The notes under the pieces were generated by a model. It had not been told where the DNA came from. It worked only from the letters and a program-made list of their open reading frames with translations, and made no database searches. The position numbers were made by a program, and so were the translations under genes. Below, in pieces: positions 17,239-25,936 of a DNA stretch of 32,000 nt. The stretch lies in NCBI RefSeq assembly GCF_000008665.1, contig NC_000917.1, positions 1,050,001 to 1,082,000 on the forward strand, written 5' to 3'. The stretch's first letter is position 1. Each line of letters starts with the position of its first letter. Source of the stretch: Archaeoglobus fulgidus DSM 4304. Its GTDB lineage: Archaea > Halobacteriota > Archaeoglobi > Archaeoglobales > Archaeoglobaceae.

Positions 17239-18291
17239 TCACTTTATCTCAGAGAATGCCGGAATGATTCTCTCCGCATACACCTTCAGGACGTACTTGG
17301 GGTCGGGGCCGACGTTTATGAGCATGAAGTGCTTCACACCCGCCTTCACGAACTCCTCAATCTTTTCCTCGCAGTCCTCAGGAGTTCCAACGATGAAGAA
17401 GTCCCTTATCATCTCCTCGGTGACAAGGGATGAAAGCTTTACGAACTCCATAAGCATTTTGTCATCAAGAAGAAGTTGCTCGAAGTAGAATTTTTTTGAT
17501 ATGCCTTCCGGCATTTCGAGGCTGTATCCCGCCTGCTCCGCCTTTTCTGCCGCAGAAACAATCACACCGCTGAACTGCCTCGCCCTCTCCATTGCCCTCT
17601 CAAAAGATGTATCAACTGCGGTGTATATCTGCAACGCCGTGTCGATTTCATCAAGATTTCTTCCAGCCTTACTGCATCCGCGCTCAACGTCTTTTAGGTT
17701 CTCCCTGTACGTCTTCGGCGTTTCTGCAATGGGCATCCATCCGTCGCATATCTCTCCAGCGAGCTCTCTCGTTTTGACTCCATTTGCTCCGAGATAAATG
17801 GGAATCTTCTGTAGCGGCTTTATTTGAAGGAAGGCATCATCCAGCCTGAACCTTTTTCCCTCGTAGCTGAATCTATCTCCTGCCCACAGCCTCTTTATGA
17901 TCTCTATGCCCTCTCTCAGCGTCGTGTAGGGCTTTTTCCACTCTATGCCGAAGGGCTTTATGTTCATCGCCTCTCCTGCACCGAGCCCAAGGAAAGCCCT
18001 CCCATACGAGAGGTGGTCTATGGTGGCCATAATCTGAGCCAGAACGGAGGGATGGTAGCGAACAACATCGGTCACGCCCGTTCCCAGCATAGCCTTTGAA
18101 GTTTTGACTGCTAAAGCGGACAGCAGGGAAAGGGCGTTTGGCGTAAAGCCTGGGGGAACCATAAGAGTGTGGTCCGGCACCGTTAAAGAGAACATCCCGC
18201 TGTCCTCAGCCTGCTGGGCAATCTTAATAACCTTTTCAAGCGCGGGCATCGGAGGTGAGAGGAGCATGCCGAATCTGACGCTCATAGCCAA
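17239..18291 (-). CDS. F420-dependent LLM-class oxidoreductase (methylene-H4MPT reductase paralog)
   Basis: VRFGMLLSPPMPALEKVIKIAQQAEDSG, VPDHTLM, LGTGVTDVVRYHPSVLAQ, FLGLGAGEAMN. Confidence 0.85.
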   Translation of the reverse strand: MAMSVRFGMLLSPPMPALEKVIKIAQQAEDSGMFSLTVPDHTLMVPPGFTPNALSLLSALAVKTSKAMLGTGVTDVVRYHPSVLAQIMATIDHLSYGRAFLGLGAGEAMNIKPFGIEWKKPYTTLREGIEIIKRLWAGDRFSYEGKRFRLDDAFLQIKPLQKIPIYLGANGVKTRELAGEICDGWMPIAETPKTYRENLKDVERGCSKAGRNLDEIDTALQIYTAVDTSFERAMERARQFSGVIVSAAEKAEQAGYSLEMPEGISKKFYFEQLLLDDKMLMEFVKLSSLVTEEMIRDFFIVGTPEDCEEKIEEFVKAGVKHFMLINVGPDPKYVLKVYAERIIPAFSEIK

Positions 18292-18350
18292 CAGGGAGAT
18301 TTCTCATTACTTATACTTTAACTATCTGTTGGAAAAAATAAAAATTAAAA

Positions 18351-19625
18351 TCAGACTCTCTCAACAACCATCGCCATTCCCTGCCCACCGCCGATGCAGA
18401 GAGAGGCCAGACCGTAGTCCACCCCTCTCCTCTCCATCTCGTAGATGAGCGTTGTTGTTATCCTCGCCCCTGTGCAGCCAATTGGGTGGCCGAGGGATAT
18501 ACCGCTGCCGTTGACGTTGACCTTTTCCATGTCCAGTCCAAGCTCCTTTATGCAGGCTAACGCCTGAGCTGCAAAGGCTTCATTGAGCTCAATCAGCCCT
18601 ATGTCCTTGATTTCAGGCCCAGCTTTCTTCAGAACCTTTCTTATGGCTGGTATAGGCCCAAGGCCCATGTATGCAGGGTCGATGCCCGCTGAAGCAACAG
18701 CAAGTATTCTGACTTTCGGCTCCAGCCCGTAGTCCTTCGCTGCCTTCTCGTCCATAACCAGAACGGCAGCGGCTCCATCATTAACCCCACTCGCATTTCC
18801 TGCAGTGACAGTTCCATCCTTCTTGAAGACAGGGGGTAGCTTCGCGAGCTTCTCAAGGCTCGTGTCCCTTCTTGGATGCTCGTCGGTGTCCACCACAACT
18901 GCTCCCTTCTTCTGCTTAACCTCCACCGGGACTATCTCCTGAGCGAACTTGCCCTCGTCAATGGCCCTTACAGCCCTCATGTGGCTCTCGTATGCAAGCT
19001 GGTCCTGCTCCTCTCTGCTTATGCCGTACCTCTCCACTATGTTTTCGGCTGTCATCCCCATGTGGTAGCCGTAGAACTTCTCCCAGAGGCCGTCGTAAAC
19101 CATGAGGTCCAGAATCTCGTCCTTGGCTGTGACGCTCATCCTGTATCCCCACCTCGCCTTTGGCAGGGCGTAGGGGGCGTTGCTCATGCTCTCCATCCCT
19201 CCTGCGATGATTGCCTTAGCGTCTCCAGCCTTTACGGCGTGGTAGGCGAGGGCGATGGCCTTCAAGCCGCTCCCGCAAACCTTGTTGACAGTGTAAGCGG
19301 GAATCTCCTTTGGTATTCCCGCAAGAATTGACGCCTGCCTCGCTGGATTCTGTCCCTGAGCTGCCTGCAAAACGTTTCCCATAATGACTTCGTCAATCTC
19401 CACCTCAACCCCATCGTAGTCGTAGGCCGACTCCAGATCAATTCTGCCCTTCTCCAGCTTCTCCGGGTAGAACTCAATGGATTCGGGAGTGGGCTTTGGT
19501 GCAACGCCCAGCTTTTTCAGCATTCCCTTAATCGCAACAGCCCCAAGCTCGTATGCAGCTACATCCTTCAAGCTGCCTCCAAATCTACCCACGGGGGTTC
19601 TTGCCGCTCCTACAATAACTGCCAT
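18351..19625 (-). CDS. Acetyl-CoA acetyltransferase (thiolase)
   Basis: [69 protein letters not shown]. Confidence 0.95.
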   Translation of the reverse strand: MAVIVGAARTPVGRFGGSLKDVAAYELGAVAIKGMLKKLGVAPKPTPESIEFYPEKLEKGRIDLESAYDYDGVEVEIDEVIMGNVLQAAQGQNPARQASILAGIPKEIPAYTVNKVCGSGLKAIALAYHAVKAGDAKAIIAGGMESMSNAPYALPKARWGYRMSVTAKDEILDLMVYDGLWEKFYGYHMGMTAENIVERYGISREEQDQLAYESHMRAVRAIDEGKFAQEIVPVEVKQKKGAVVVDTDEHPRRDTSLEKLAKLPPVFKKDGTVTAGNASGVNDGAAAVLVMDEKAAKDYGLEPKVRILAVASAGIDPAYMGLGPIPAIRKVLKKAGPEIKDIGLIELNEAFAAQALACIKELGLDMEKVNVNGSGISLGHPIGCTGARITTTLIYEMERRGVDYGLASLCIGGGQGMAMVVERV

Positions 19626-19637
19626 AATACACCTCCT

Positions 19638-20415
19638 TCACTTTTTTCTTATTAAAATACCATCCGGGTCCAATTCTTTAAGTGTGTCGATTTCCTCTCT
19701 TGTTGGTGGTTCGGTGTACTCGACTTCCTCCGGGATGATAATTTCAAAAGAGCTGTTATTCAACACGTCCTCAACGTTACGTCCTTCATGAAGCGCTAAG
19801 AGCTTCATTCTCTTCGTTTGCTCATCAAAACCGTAAACACCAATCTGCGTTATCACCCTGTAGGGGCCAGTGCCTTCCGGAAGTCCAGAACTTTCTCTGC
19901 TACCGTCGAGGTATCCGGGAGTTGTAAGAAAGTCAAGCTTTTCCACGAACCTGAGCTTATCCTGTCTCATCAGAACAATGTTTCTCCAGGAAAGCGAGGC
20001 GACATCGTTTGCTCCACCACTTCCGGGAAGCCTAACCTTCGGTTTTTCCCAGTCCCCTATGACTGTTGTGTTGATGTTGCCATAGGGGTCAATCTGTGCT
20101 GCCCCAAGGGAATCCGTAATCCACGTACCCCATCTGTGCCAAGGACATGACGTAATCCATGCTCGATGCCATAACCGCTTTGTAAAATGTCGCACTCTCT
20201 CCAACAGAAATGGGAATTCTCGGCAGTTTTGGTGCGATTCCTCCTGCCTCAAACACCAGTACAAGGTTTGGTGCGTAAAGTCTCTGAGCAAGACACGCAG
20301 CCAGAACAGGCATTCCTGTCCCCACAAACACACTTTTTCGGTCTTCGAGAATTCTTGCGGCGACACAAACCATGTACTCGGTATCAGAATACTCCACCAA
20401 GATTATCACCTCCAC
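19638..20415 (-). pseudogene. CoA-transferase subunit B (GctB-like) interrupted by an apparent +1 frameshift at about 20109-20111
   Basis: N-terminal part in ORF 20089..20415 (VCVAARILEDRKSVFVGTGMPVLAACLAQRL ... MSLAQMGYVDYGF) continues in the frame of ORF 19638..20366 (LGAAQIDPYGNINTTVIGDWEKPKVRLPGSGGAND...). Confidence 0.87.
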
Positions 20416-21422
20416 GGGTAAACAGGGCGCTCCCTGAGCTGCTCAATCCTTCTGAGTTTTTCGAGCCTCTTAGAACCACCGACAACTTCGAGGTACTCCC
20501 AGAAATCGTTGACTCCATAAACGTACTTTTCAAAGTACTCCTTGGCTCCCTCCTCCGTTCTCGTCAATGCAAGATACTCGGCAATGTGCTCCTCGTCAAA
20601 GTAGTAGAGCAAAGGCATATTACAGGGATGGGACGCAAAGGGCTGCTCTACAACGGCATCCACAAGGAAGTAGGGGATGGAGGTTCTCCACGGACTCTCC
20701 CTGATTTTGTCCGTCGGGACTATCTCCTCGGTTGTGACTATCAGCCTCTTCGCTGCCCTCGCAAGCTCGTAGTCTTCAACAAGGATTCCATCAATCTGAG
20801 CATTTCCGTATTTGTCGGCACGGTGAACGTGTATTATGGCCACATCGGGGAAGCAGGCCGGAATCAAGGTGACGGGCTTTCCGCTGTATGGGTCTCTGAT
20901 GATTTTGGCAGAACTCTTTTTGAACGTGTCCGTTCCCATCAAAATCCTTGCTGGAATGAAGGGAAGACCCATTGCCGCTGCTTTGAACCTCCATTGCAAA
21001 GCTGCGTTGCTCCACTCGGTGATAACCTTTACCTCCCCACCCTCAACCTTCCTTCTCGAAGCGGGCGACAGCCCCCTCAGCTCGTGGCCAAAGCTGTATG
21101 CAGCCTCAACCTTTTCAACGCAGCCGGCAGCCATCAGCACATCGAGGTCGTGCACCGAGGTCTTTCCCGCCATCGTAAGTCCCTTTACTCCCTGCCTGAT
21201 GATTTCATAAATGATGTTCATGGAAACCCTTACATGCCCGAATCCCCCGCTGGCGACGTACATGCCATCTTTGATGAAGTTCGAAACCGCCTCTTCTGCG
21301 GACATCGTCTTGTCAGCCATCTCTCTGCTCTTGTTGTCCCTCACCCACTCCCGGAACTCGTCAGGGTCACACCAGCCAACGAGGGGGCCTTCGCCTTCAT
21401 CCATAATTTCCAGAGGTTCCAT
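20406..21422 (-). CDS. CoA-transferase subunit A (glutaconate CoA-transferase-like)
   Basis: True start likely MEPLEIMDEGEG (ATG ending at 21422, preceded by GGAGGTG); KTMSAEEAVSNFIKDGMYVASGGFGHVR, HVHRADKYGNAQIDG. The longer ORF overlaps the upstream cyclase gene. Confidence 0.87.
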   Translation of the reverse strand: MEPLEIMDEGEGPLVGWCDPDEFREWVRDNKSREMADKTMSAEEAVSNFIKDGMYVASGGFGHVRVSMNIIYEIIRQGVKGLTMAGKTSVHDLDVLMAAGCVEKVEAAYSFGHELRGLSPASRRKVEGGEVKVITEWSNAALQWRFKAAAMGLPFIPARILMGTDTFKKSSAKIIRDPYSGKPVTLIPACFPDVAIIHVHRADKYGNAQIDGILVEDYELARAAKRLIVTTEEIVPTDKIRESPWRTSIPYFLVDAVVEQPFASHPCNMPLLYYFDEEHIAEYLALTRTEEGAKEYFEKYVYGVNDFWEYLEVVGGSKRLEKLRRIEQLRERPVYPWR

Positions 21423-21472
21423 CTCTGCACCTCCTGTGTGAAAAATCAGAAACGGGAAAAATTGAAAAGAGG

Positions 21473-22345
21473 TTACCTCTTTTCGACAAGGGCGACGAGT
21501 CTGACTATTGAGCCATCTCCCTTGACCCACCTTATCGGCAGGCCGATTATCGTGCACCTCTGCCCTGTGACCTTGTCGATGTCCCCTCCTACATTCTCCC
21601 ATCCCATTATTCCGTGTGTAAGGAGCAGCCTGTGGCACGGCTCCCAGTAAGGGAAGTCCTCGCTGACATCTCTGCCCGTCAGCTGCTTGTACTCCTCCTT
21701 CAGCCACGGTAGAATTGAGTTTCTCTCGTCTGCACCGGGGTGGTGCCATGCTTCTCTCGTTGCAAGGGGGTGGTCGAGAGCCTGAGTGTCAATTCCCACG
21801 GCCTTAACCTTCTTTTTAACGAACCACTCACCTGCCTCCTTGTAAAATCCGGGCGCGTAGCAGAAGTACTTGACGCTGTCGCTCCAGTACCTGTGCCAGC
21901 CTGTGTTAACGATAACGATGTCTCCCTTCTCTATTGGAGGGTCGGCCTTCTCCAGATCCTCGGCGGTTATTACCTCCCACTTCTTTTTGGGAATCGAGAC
22001 CACAACACCCTCTCCCATGTACCTCTCTATCGGAACCTCGTCAATCGATGGAAATCCCTCCTCAACGTGTATCGGTGCGTCAGCATGCGTTGAAACGTGC
22101 ATGGTCGTCGTGATTATCTGGGAAAGAACTCTTGACTTGGCGTGGTAGTGGTAGCGGTCGATAATTACATCGTTGAAGTACGGCCACAGCGGCACACCGT
22201 AACCAAAGGGATTTGACAGGTCGTACACCTCAACTTCCTTTCCCAGAATCTTCAGCGCCGGCTTTTCCAGAATGTCCTCCGGATTCCCAATCAGCTCAGG
22301 GTCGAGCATTCCGTGAAGGTACGGAGAATCTGCTTCGTCCACCAT
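21473..22345 (-). CDS. Cyclase family protein (kynurenine formamidase-like)
   Basis: VYDLSNPFGYGVPLWP, HVSTHADAPIHVEEG (HxGTHxDxPxH-like), GIDTQALDHP. Confidence 0.87.
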   Translation of the reverse strand: MVDEADSPYLHGMLDPELIGNPEDILEKPALKILGKEVEVYDLSNPFGYGVPLWPYFNDVIIDRYHYHAKSRVLSQIITTTMHVSTHADAPIHVEEGFPSIDEVPIERYMGEGVVVSIPKKKWEVITAEDLEKADPPIEKGDIVIVNTGWHRYWSDSVKYFCYAPGFYKEAGEWFVKKKVKAVGIDTQALDHPLATREAWHHPGADERNSILPWLKEEYKQLTGRDVSEDFPYWEPCHRLLLTHGIMGWENVGGDIDKVTGQRCTIIGLPIRWVKGDGSIVRLVALVEKR

Positions 22346-22386
22346 TCACCATCACCTCAAATGGACTTTCTGTAGAAACTTATTAA

Positions 22387-22402
22387 GAATTATCAATAAT
22401 TC
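22387..22402. promoter_or_regulatory. Palindromic operator candidate GAATTAT-CA-ATAATTC
   Basis: Perfect 7-2-7 inverted repeat in the divergent intergenic region between the cyclase operon and the RHH-like regulator. Confidence 0.5.
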
Positions 22403-22418
22403 TGTATAATTTTATGTG

Positions 22419-22432
22419 CAGCTATGTAGCTG
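22419..22432. promoter_or_regulatory. Second palindrome CAGCTA-TG-TAGCTG
   Basis: Perfect 6-2-6 inverted repeat 16 bp beyond the first palindrome in the same divergent region. Confidence 0.4.
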
Positions 22433-22532
22433 GAATTTGCGAGGTAGTGAGCAGCGCTTTCACCCAACCACTTCGTGCGTGGATTATTATTTAAGAATCG
22501 AATTTAAAAAACTTTTTGAACTTTGTAAAATA

Positions 22533-23102
22533 ATGAAAAATATGAAGACTAAGATGGTCAGGCTTGGCACATACGTTTCACAGGACGCATACAAACTCCT
22601 CAGAGAGCTGACAGAGCTTTACGGAAACCAGAGCAACGTCCTTGACCAGGCTATAAGGCTTCTCTACGACGTATCAAAGTATGGCTCAAAAGCTGACAGG
22701 ATTTTAATACGGGAGAAGCTAATTAACGAGTTCGAGAACATACTGATTTCCAAAAAGAATTTCATGCACCTTCTTGAAGGAAAAAAGGAGGGTCTGTTTG
22801 ACGAAGACGTTATAACAGCAGTAATACTGAGTTTTGTTGACGAGAGCATGGATTCCAAAAGCTTTTTCCCGAAGATGATGGATGCCCTAAAGAAGATTTA
22901 CGTCGAGGGGAACAGGTGGTTCACGAACATTGAGTACAAGGAGACTGAGAGCGGTTACAAGGTGACCTTCTACCACAACCTGAACAGCGAGTTCAGCGAC
23001 TTTGCATCCGAGTACTTCAGGAGATTTTTCAAAATAGGATATAAAATAGTTGAGGAGCAGAAGCTGAACAAGCTCTTCATCCTTCAGGTTTCCGAGTTTT
23101 AG
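22533..23102 (+). CDS. Putative ribbon-helix-helix-type transcriptional regulator with C-terminal effector domain
   Basis: ATG at 22533; KMVRLGTYVSQDAYKLLRELTELYGNQSNVLDQAIRLLYDV resembles an RHH fold; divergent from the cyclase/CoA-transferase operon. Confidence 0.6.
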   Translation: MKNMKTKMVRLGTYVSQDAYKLLRELTELYGNQSNVLDQAIRLLYDVSKYGSKADRILIREKLINEFENILISKKNFMHLLEGKKEGLFDEDVITAVILSFVDESMDSKSFFPKMMDALKKIYVEGNRWFTNIEYKETESGYKVTFYHNLNSEFSDFASEYFRRFFKIGYKIVEEQKLNKLFILQVSEF

Positions 23103-23574
23103 ATTTCTTCTTCAAATCCTCCACCGATTTGACCTGAAGACACTGAGCAACGCAGGCTGAAACGCAGGCGGGTTTTTTACCTTCCTCAATGCGCGGCATG
23201 CAGAGGTCGTAGATTCTGACTTTTCCATCATCGCCCAGCTGCGGCGCTCCGAATGGGCACACCTCCATGCAAATTTTGCAGCCTATGCACAAATCCAGGT
23301 CCAAGACCGTCATTCCATCCTCGCTTTTCCTCAGCGCACCAGTCGGGCACTCATCCACGCACGGGGCACTCAGGCAGTGCCTGCAAACGACGACTTTGAA
23401 GTGCTGCTGTACCTTCTCACCCGTAATCCTTGGTCCATCGTGGAAAACTCTGATTCTTCCGGGGTCGTCGAAGTTCTCGGAGCTGTGCTCGACCTTGCAT
23501 GCTATTACGCAGGCATAGCAGCCAATGCATTTCCTGCGGTCGTGAACGAAGGTCAGTTTTGACAATTCACTCAC
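23077..23574 (-). CDS. 4Fe-4S ferredoxin subunit of molybdopterin oxidoreductase (DmsB/FdhB-like)
   Basis: CIGCYACVIACKVEH, CRHCLSAPCVDECPTGAL, CIGCKICMEVCPFG, CVSACVAQC; GTG start at 23574 overlaps the catalytic gene's stop. Confidence 0.87.
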   Translation of the reverse strand: MSELSKLTFVHDRRKCIGCYACVIACKVEHSSENFDDPGRIRVFHDGPRITGEKVQQHFKVVVCRHCLSAPCVDECPTGALRKSEDGMTVLDLDLCIGCKICMEVCPFGAPQLGDDGKVRIYDLCMPRIEEGKKPACVSACVAQCLQVKSVEDLKKKSKTRKPEG

Positions 23575-25687
23575 CCCCGTCGCATCTGTAAATCCTGCAA
23601 AGCATAGCCCTGAAGGTCGTGGAGCCAATGCAGGGGTCGAAGGGAGGTTTGTTGCTCGTCAGAACGTTGGCGTTGCTCTCGAAAATACCGAGGTCGGGTT
23701 TTTCCGGATAGTACCATGAAGCCTGAGCGAACACGTAGCGAGGATTCATAGCCTCAAAAAGCCTCGCCCTCTGCCTTATCCTTCCACGCGGGGTCTCAAT
23801 CCATATCCAGTCTCCGTCCTTTATTCCATATTTCTCAGCAGTTTCTGGATGTATCAGGGCTACTGGGTCGGGCTGCAGCTCTCTTAACCACGGATTCTGG
23901 CGGTACTGGGAGTGGAAGTAGTACGGCACCCTCCCGCCTGTGGAGAGTATCAGCGGATACTTCTCGCTCAGCTCCGGCGTGCTGTAGGGGCTTTCATTCG
24001 GCTCCCGGTAGTGGGGAAGCGGGTCGTAGTTGAGGTTTTCGAGGATGGTTGAGTAAAGCTCTATTTTGCCGGTCGGTGTTGGAAATCCTCCTCCCTCCCT
24101 CCAGTAGTTGGTTTTGTACTTGTAGTAGTGCTCCTTTCCGGTTCTTGCCAGCACGCCGATTTCCTTGAACTCCTCCCATGTAATCCCCGCCTTCCTGAGC
24201 TGGTAGTTCAGCATTTCGTAAACGTCGCTGAACCAGTACTTCGGTGCAAGCCTCTTGCCGAGTTCGTTGAATATCACGTTGTCGGGCAGAGCTTCCCCAA
24301 CAGGTTCAACCGCCCTGACTATCGCCGAGACGAAGAATCTGGGGTGCATGTCGTAAATATCGTCGGTTTCGAGCCAGTGTGCCGCTGGGAGAACGATGTC
24401 GGCATACTTTGCCGTCGGTGACATGTAGAGGTCAACAACCGAGATGAACTCCACGTTGAGCAATGCCTTGAGCACGTCTTTCGAGTTGGCGTAGGCCAGC
24501 ACGGGATTCGTTCCCTGAAGGTGCATCATTTTTATTCTTCTCTCCCCATTGAGCAGGTCCTCACAAACGCTCTCGAAGTGGCACATTGCGAAGGGCGGAA
24601 GGGCGAGAAGTTTGTACCTGTCAGCGCCGATGGGCAGCTCTTCAGGTGGCGGAACCTCTAAGGCGAACTCCTCCATCTCCCCTGTTTCTGGAGGCACCCA
24701 GTTCACCATTCCGCCAGGCCTCTCTATGTTGCCGGTTACCGCCATCAGACAGATTATTGCTCTGAGAGTTTGAATGGAGTTGTTTCCCGCTTCCAGAGCC
24801 TGACCTATCTGTATGCAGCCCGGTCTTGATGTTGCGAACCACTCCGCGGCGAGCTTTATCTTATCCTCGGGCACCCACGTGATTCTGCTCACCTTGTCAG
24901 GGCTGTACTCTTCAACTCTCTCCCTCAGCCTGTCGAAGCCGTGAGTCCACTGCTCCACGAAGTCTTTGTCGTAGAGCTCCTCGCTGATGATGACGTTGAG
25001 CATACCCAACGCGAGCGCAGCGTCAGTCCCCGGCCTTACGGGCAGCCAGAGGTCCGCTCTGTGTGCAACGGGAGTTGCCTTCGGGTCAACGAGGATGAAG
25101 TGCTCTGCCTCCTCCAGAGCCCTCAAAAACCAGACCGCCATCTCGCCGTCGGCGTTGGTGTACTCAAGCTGCTTTCCCCAGTGGACTATGGTTTTGGGGT
25201 ACTCCCCACCCCATCCGTGGTAGTCGCAGTACAGCCTGCCACCGACGGTAATGCCAAAGGCTGCGAGCCTTGGAGCATAGCAGAAATGTGCAGGCAGGAG
25301 GACGTTTGGCGATCCTATCGACCTCGCAAATCTGAACGTGTAGCGGTTGTAGCCTCTCCCTGTTCCCTGACCGATTAAAATTGAGGAGGGGCCGTACTCC
25401 TCGATGTATTCCTTCATTTTTTCCGCTATCGTATCCAGAGCCTCCTTCCAGCTTATTCTTTTCCACTCTCCCTCTCCTCTCTCGCCAACTCTCTTCAGCG
25501 GATATTTGAGCCTCGAAGGGTTGTAAACCTCCTTGATGCTCGCCAGTCCCTTTGGACACATCGTTCCTCTGGTAAGCGAGCTGGGATCACCCTCTATGTG
25601 CACTATTTTCCCTGACTTTACCTTAACGAGCACCCTGCATCCGCCGTGACAGCTCTTGCAGGTAGTTTTTACGACATGCTCGGACAT
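23567..25687 (-). CDS. Molybdopterin (Mo/W) oxidoreductase catalytic subunit
   Basis: TTCKSCHGGCRVLVKVKSGKIVHIEGDP [4Fe-4S] domain, NMLNVIISE-type internal sequence, EFISVVDLYMSPTAKYADIVLPAAHWLE, YPLILSTGGR. Start likely MSEHVVKTTC (25687). No Tat motif seen. Confidence 0.88.
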   Translation of the reverse strand: MSEHVVKTTCKSCHGGCRVLVKVKSGKIVHIEGDPSSLTRGTMCPKGLASIKEVYNPSRLKYPLKRVGERGEGEWKRISWKEALDTIAEKMKEYIEEYGPSSILIGQGTGRGYNRYTFRFARSIGSPNVLLPAHFCYAPRLAAFGITVGGRLYCDYHGWGGEYPKTIVHWGKQLEYTNADGEMAVWFLRALEEAEHFILVDPKATPVAHRADLWLPVRPGTDAALALGMLNVIISEELYDKDFVEQWTHGFDRLRERVEEYSPDKVSRITWVPEDKIKLAAEWFATSRPGCIQIGQALEAGNNSIQTLRAIICLMAVTGNIERPGGMVNWVPPETGEMEEFALEVPPPEELPIGADRYKLLALPPFAMCHFESVCEDLLNGERRIKMMHLQGTNPVLAYANSKDVLKALLNVEFISVVDLYMSPTAKYADIVLPAAHWLETDDIYDMHPRFFVSAIVRAVEPVGEALPDNVIFNELGKRLAPKYWFSDVYEMLNYQLRKAGITWEEFKEIGVLARTGKEHYYKYKTNYWREGGGFPTPTGKIELYSTILENLNYDPLPHYREPNESPYSTPELSEKYPLILSTGGRVPYYFHSQYRQNPWLRELQPDPVALIHPETAEKYGIKDGDWIWIETPRGRIRQRARLFEAMNPRYVFAQASWYYPEKPDLGIFESNANVLTSNKPPFDPCIGSTTFRAMLCRIYRCDGGE

Positions 25688-25716
25688 TTCAGCACCTCTC
25701 AAAAAAATGGAAGGGA

Positions 25717-25824
25717 TTACTTTCTTCTTCTGGCTCCGTAAAATCCGAAGCCAAAATAAATGAACATGAGGGCGATTATCAGCGCCATCCACGTCACGGT
25801 TCCGACTTCAAGCATCATCTTCAT
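25717..25824 (-). CDS. Small single-TM protein (35 aa), not in the supplied ORF track
   Basis: Hand-translated: MKMMLEVGTVTWMALIIALMFIYFGFGFYGARRRK*. Confidence 0.55.
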   Translation of the reverse strand: MKMMLEVGTVTWMALIIALMFIYFGFGFYGARRRK

Positions 25825-25930
25825 CACCCTCTTCCTCGCTCCAGTCAAGGAATAGCGAGATGACGTATCCCACCAGAGCTATTCCCACACTGAATCCGAA
25901 GCATTGCAGTATAACGTCTGCCGGAAACAT
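25808..25930 (-). CDS. Small single-TM protein (40 aa) with acidic tail, not in the supplied ORF track
   Basis: Hand-translated: MFPADVILQCFGFSVGIALVGYVISLFLDWSEEEGDEDDA*; directly follows the SSS transporter stop and overlaps the next small ORF by 17 nt. Confidence 0.6.
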   Translation of the reverse strand: MFPADVILQCFGFSVGIALVGYVISLFLDWSEEEGDEDDA

Positions 25931-25936
25931 TCCCTT

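Noticed and set aside
20187-21650. 487-aa plus-strand ORF
   Set aside because: Fully antisense to the CoA-transferase genes; low-complexity, proline/arginine-rich translation without family motifs. Typical spurious ORF in GC-rich coding DNA.
21423-21749. N-terminal extension of the CoA-transferase A ORF
   Set aside because: Overlaps the cyclase gene and reads as non-protein-like (MAPPRCRREKLNSTVAEGG...); an SD-preceded ATG at 21422 starts the conserved protein.
22416-22532. N-terminal extension of the RHH-like ORF (MQLCSWNLRGSEQRF...)
   Set aside because: Covers the palindromes and promoter-like AT-rich DNA; ATG at 22533 precedes the conserved region.
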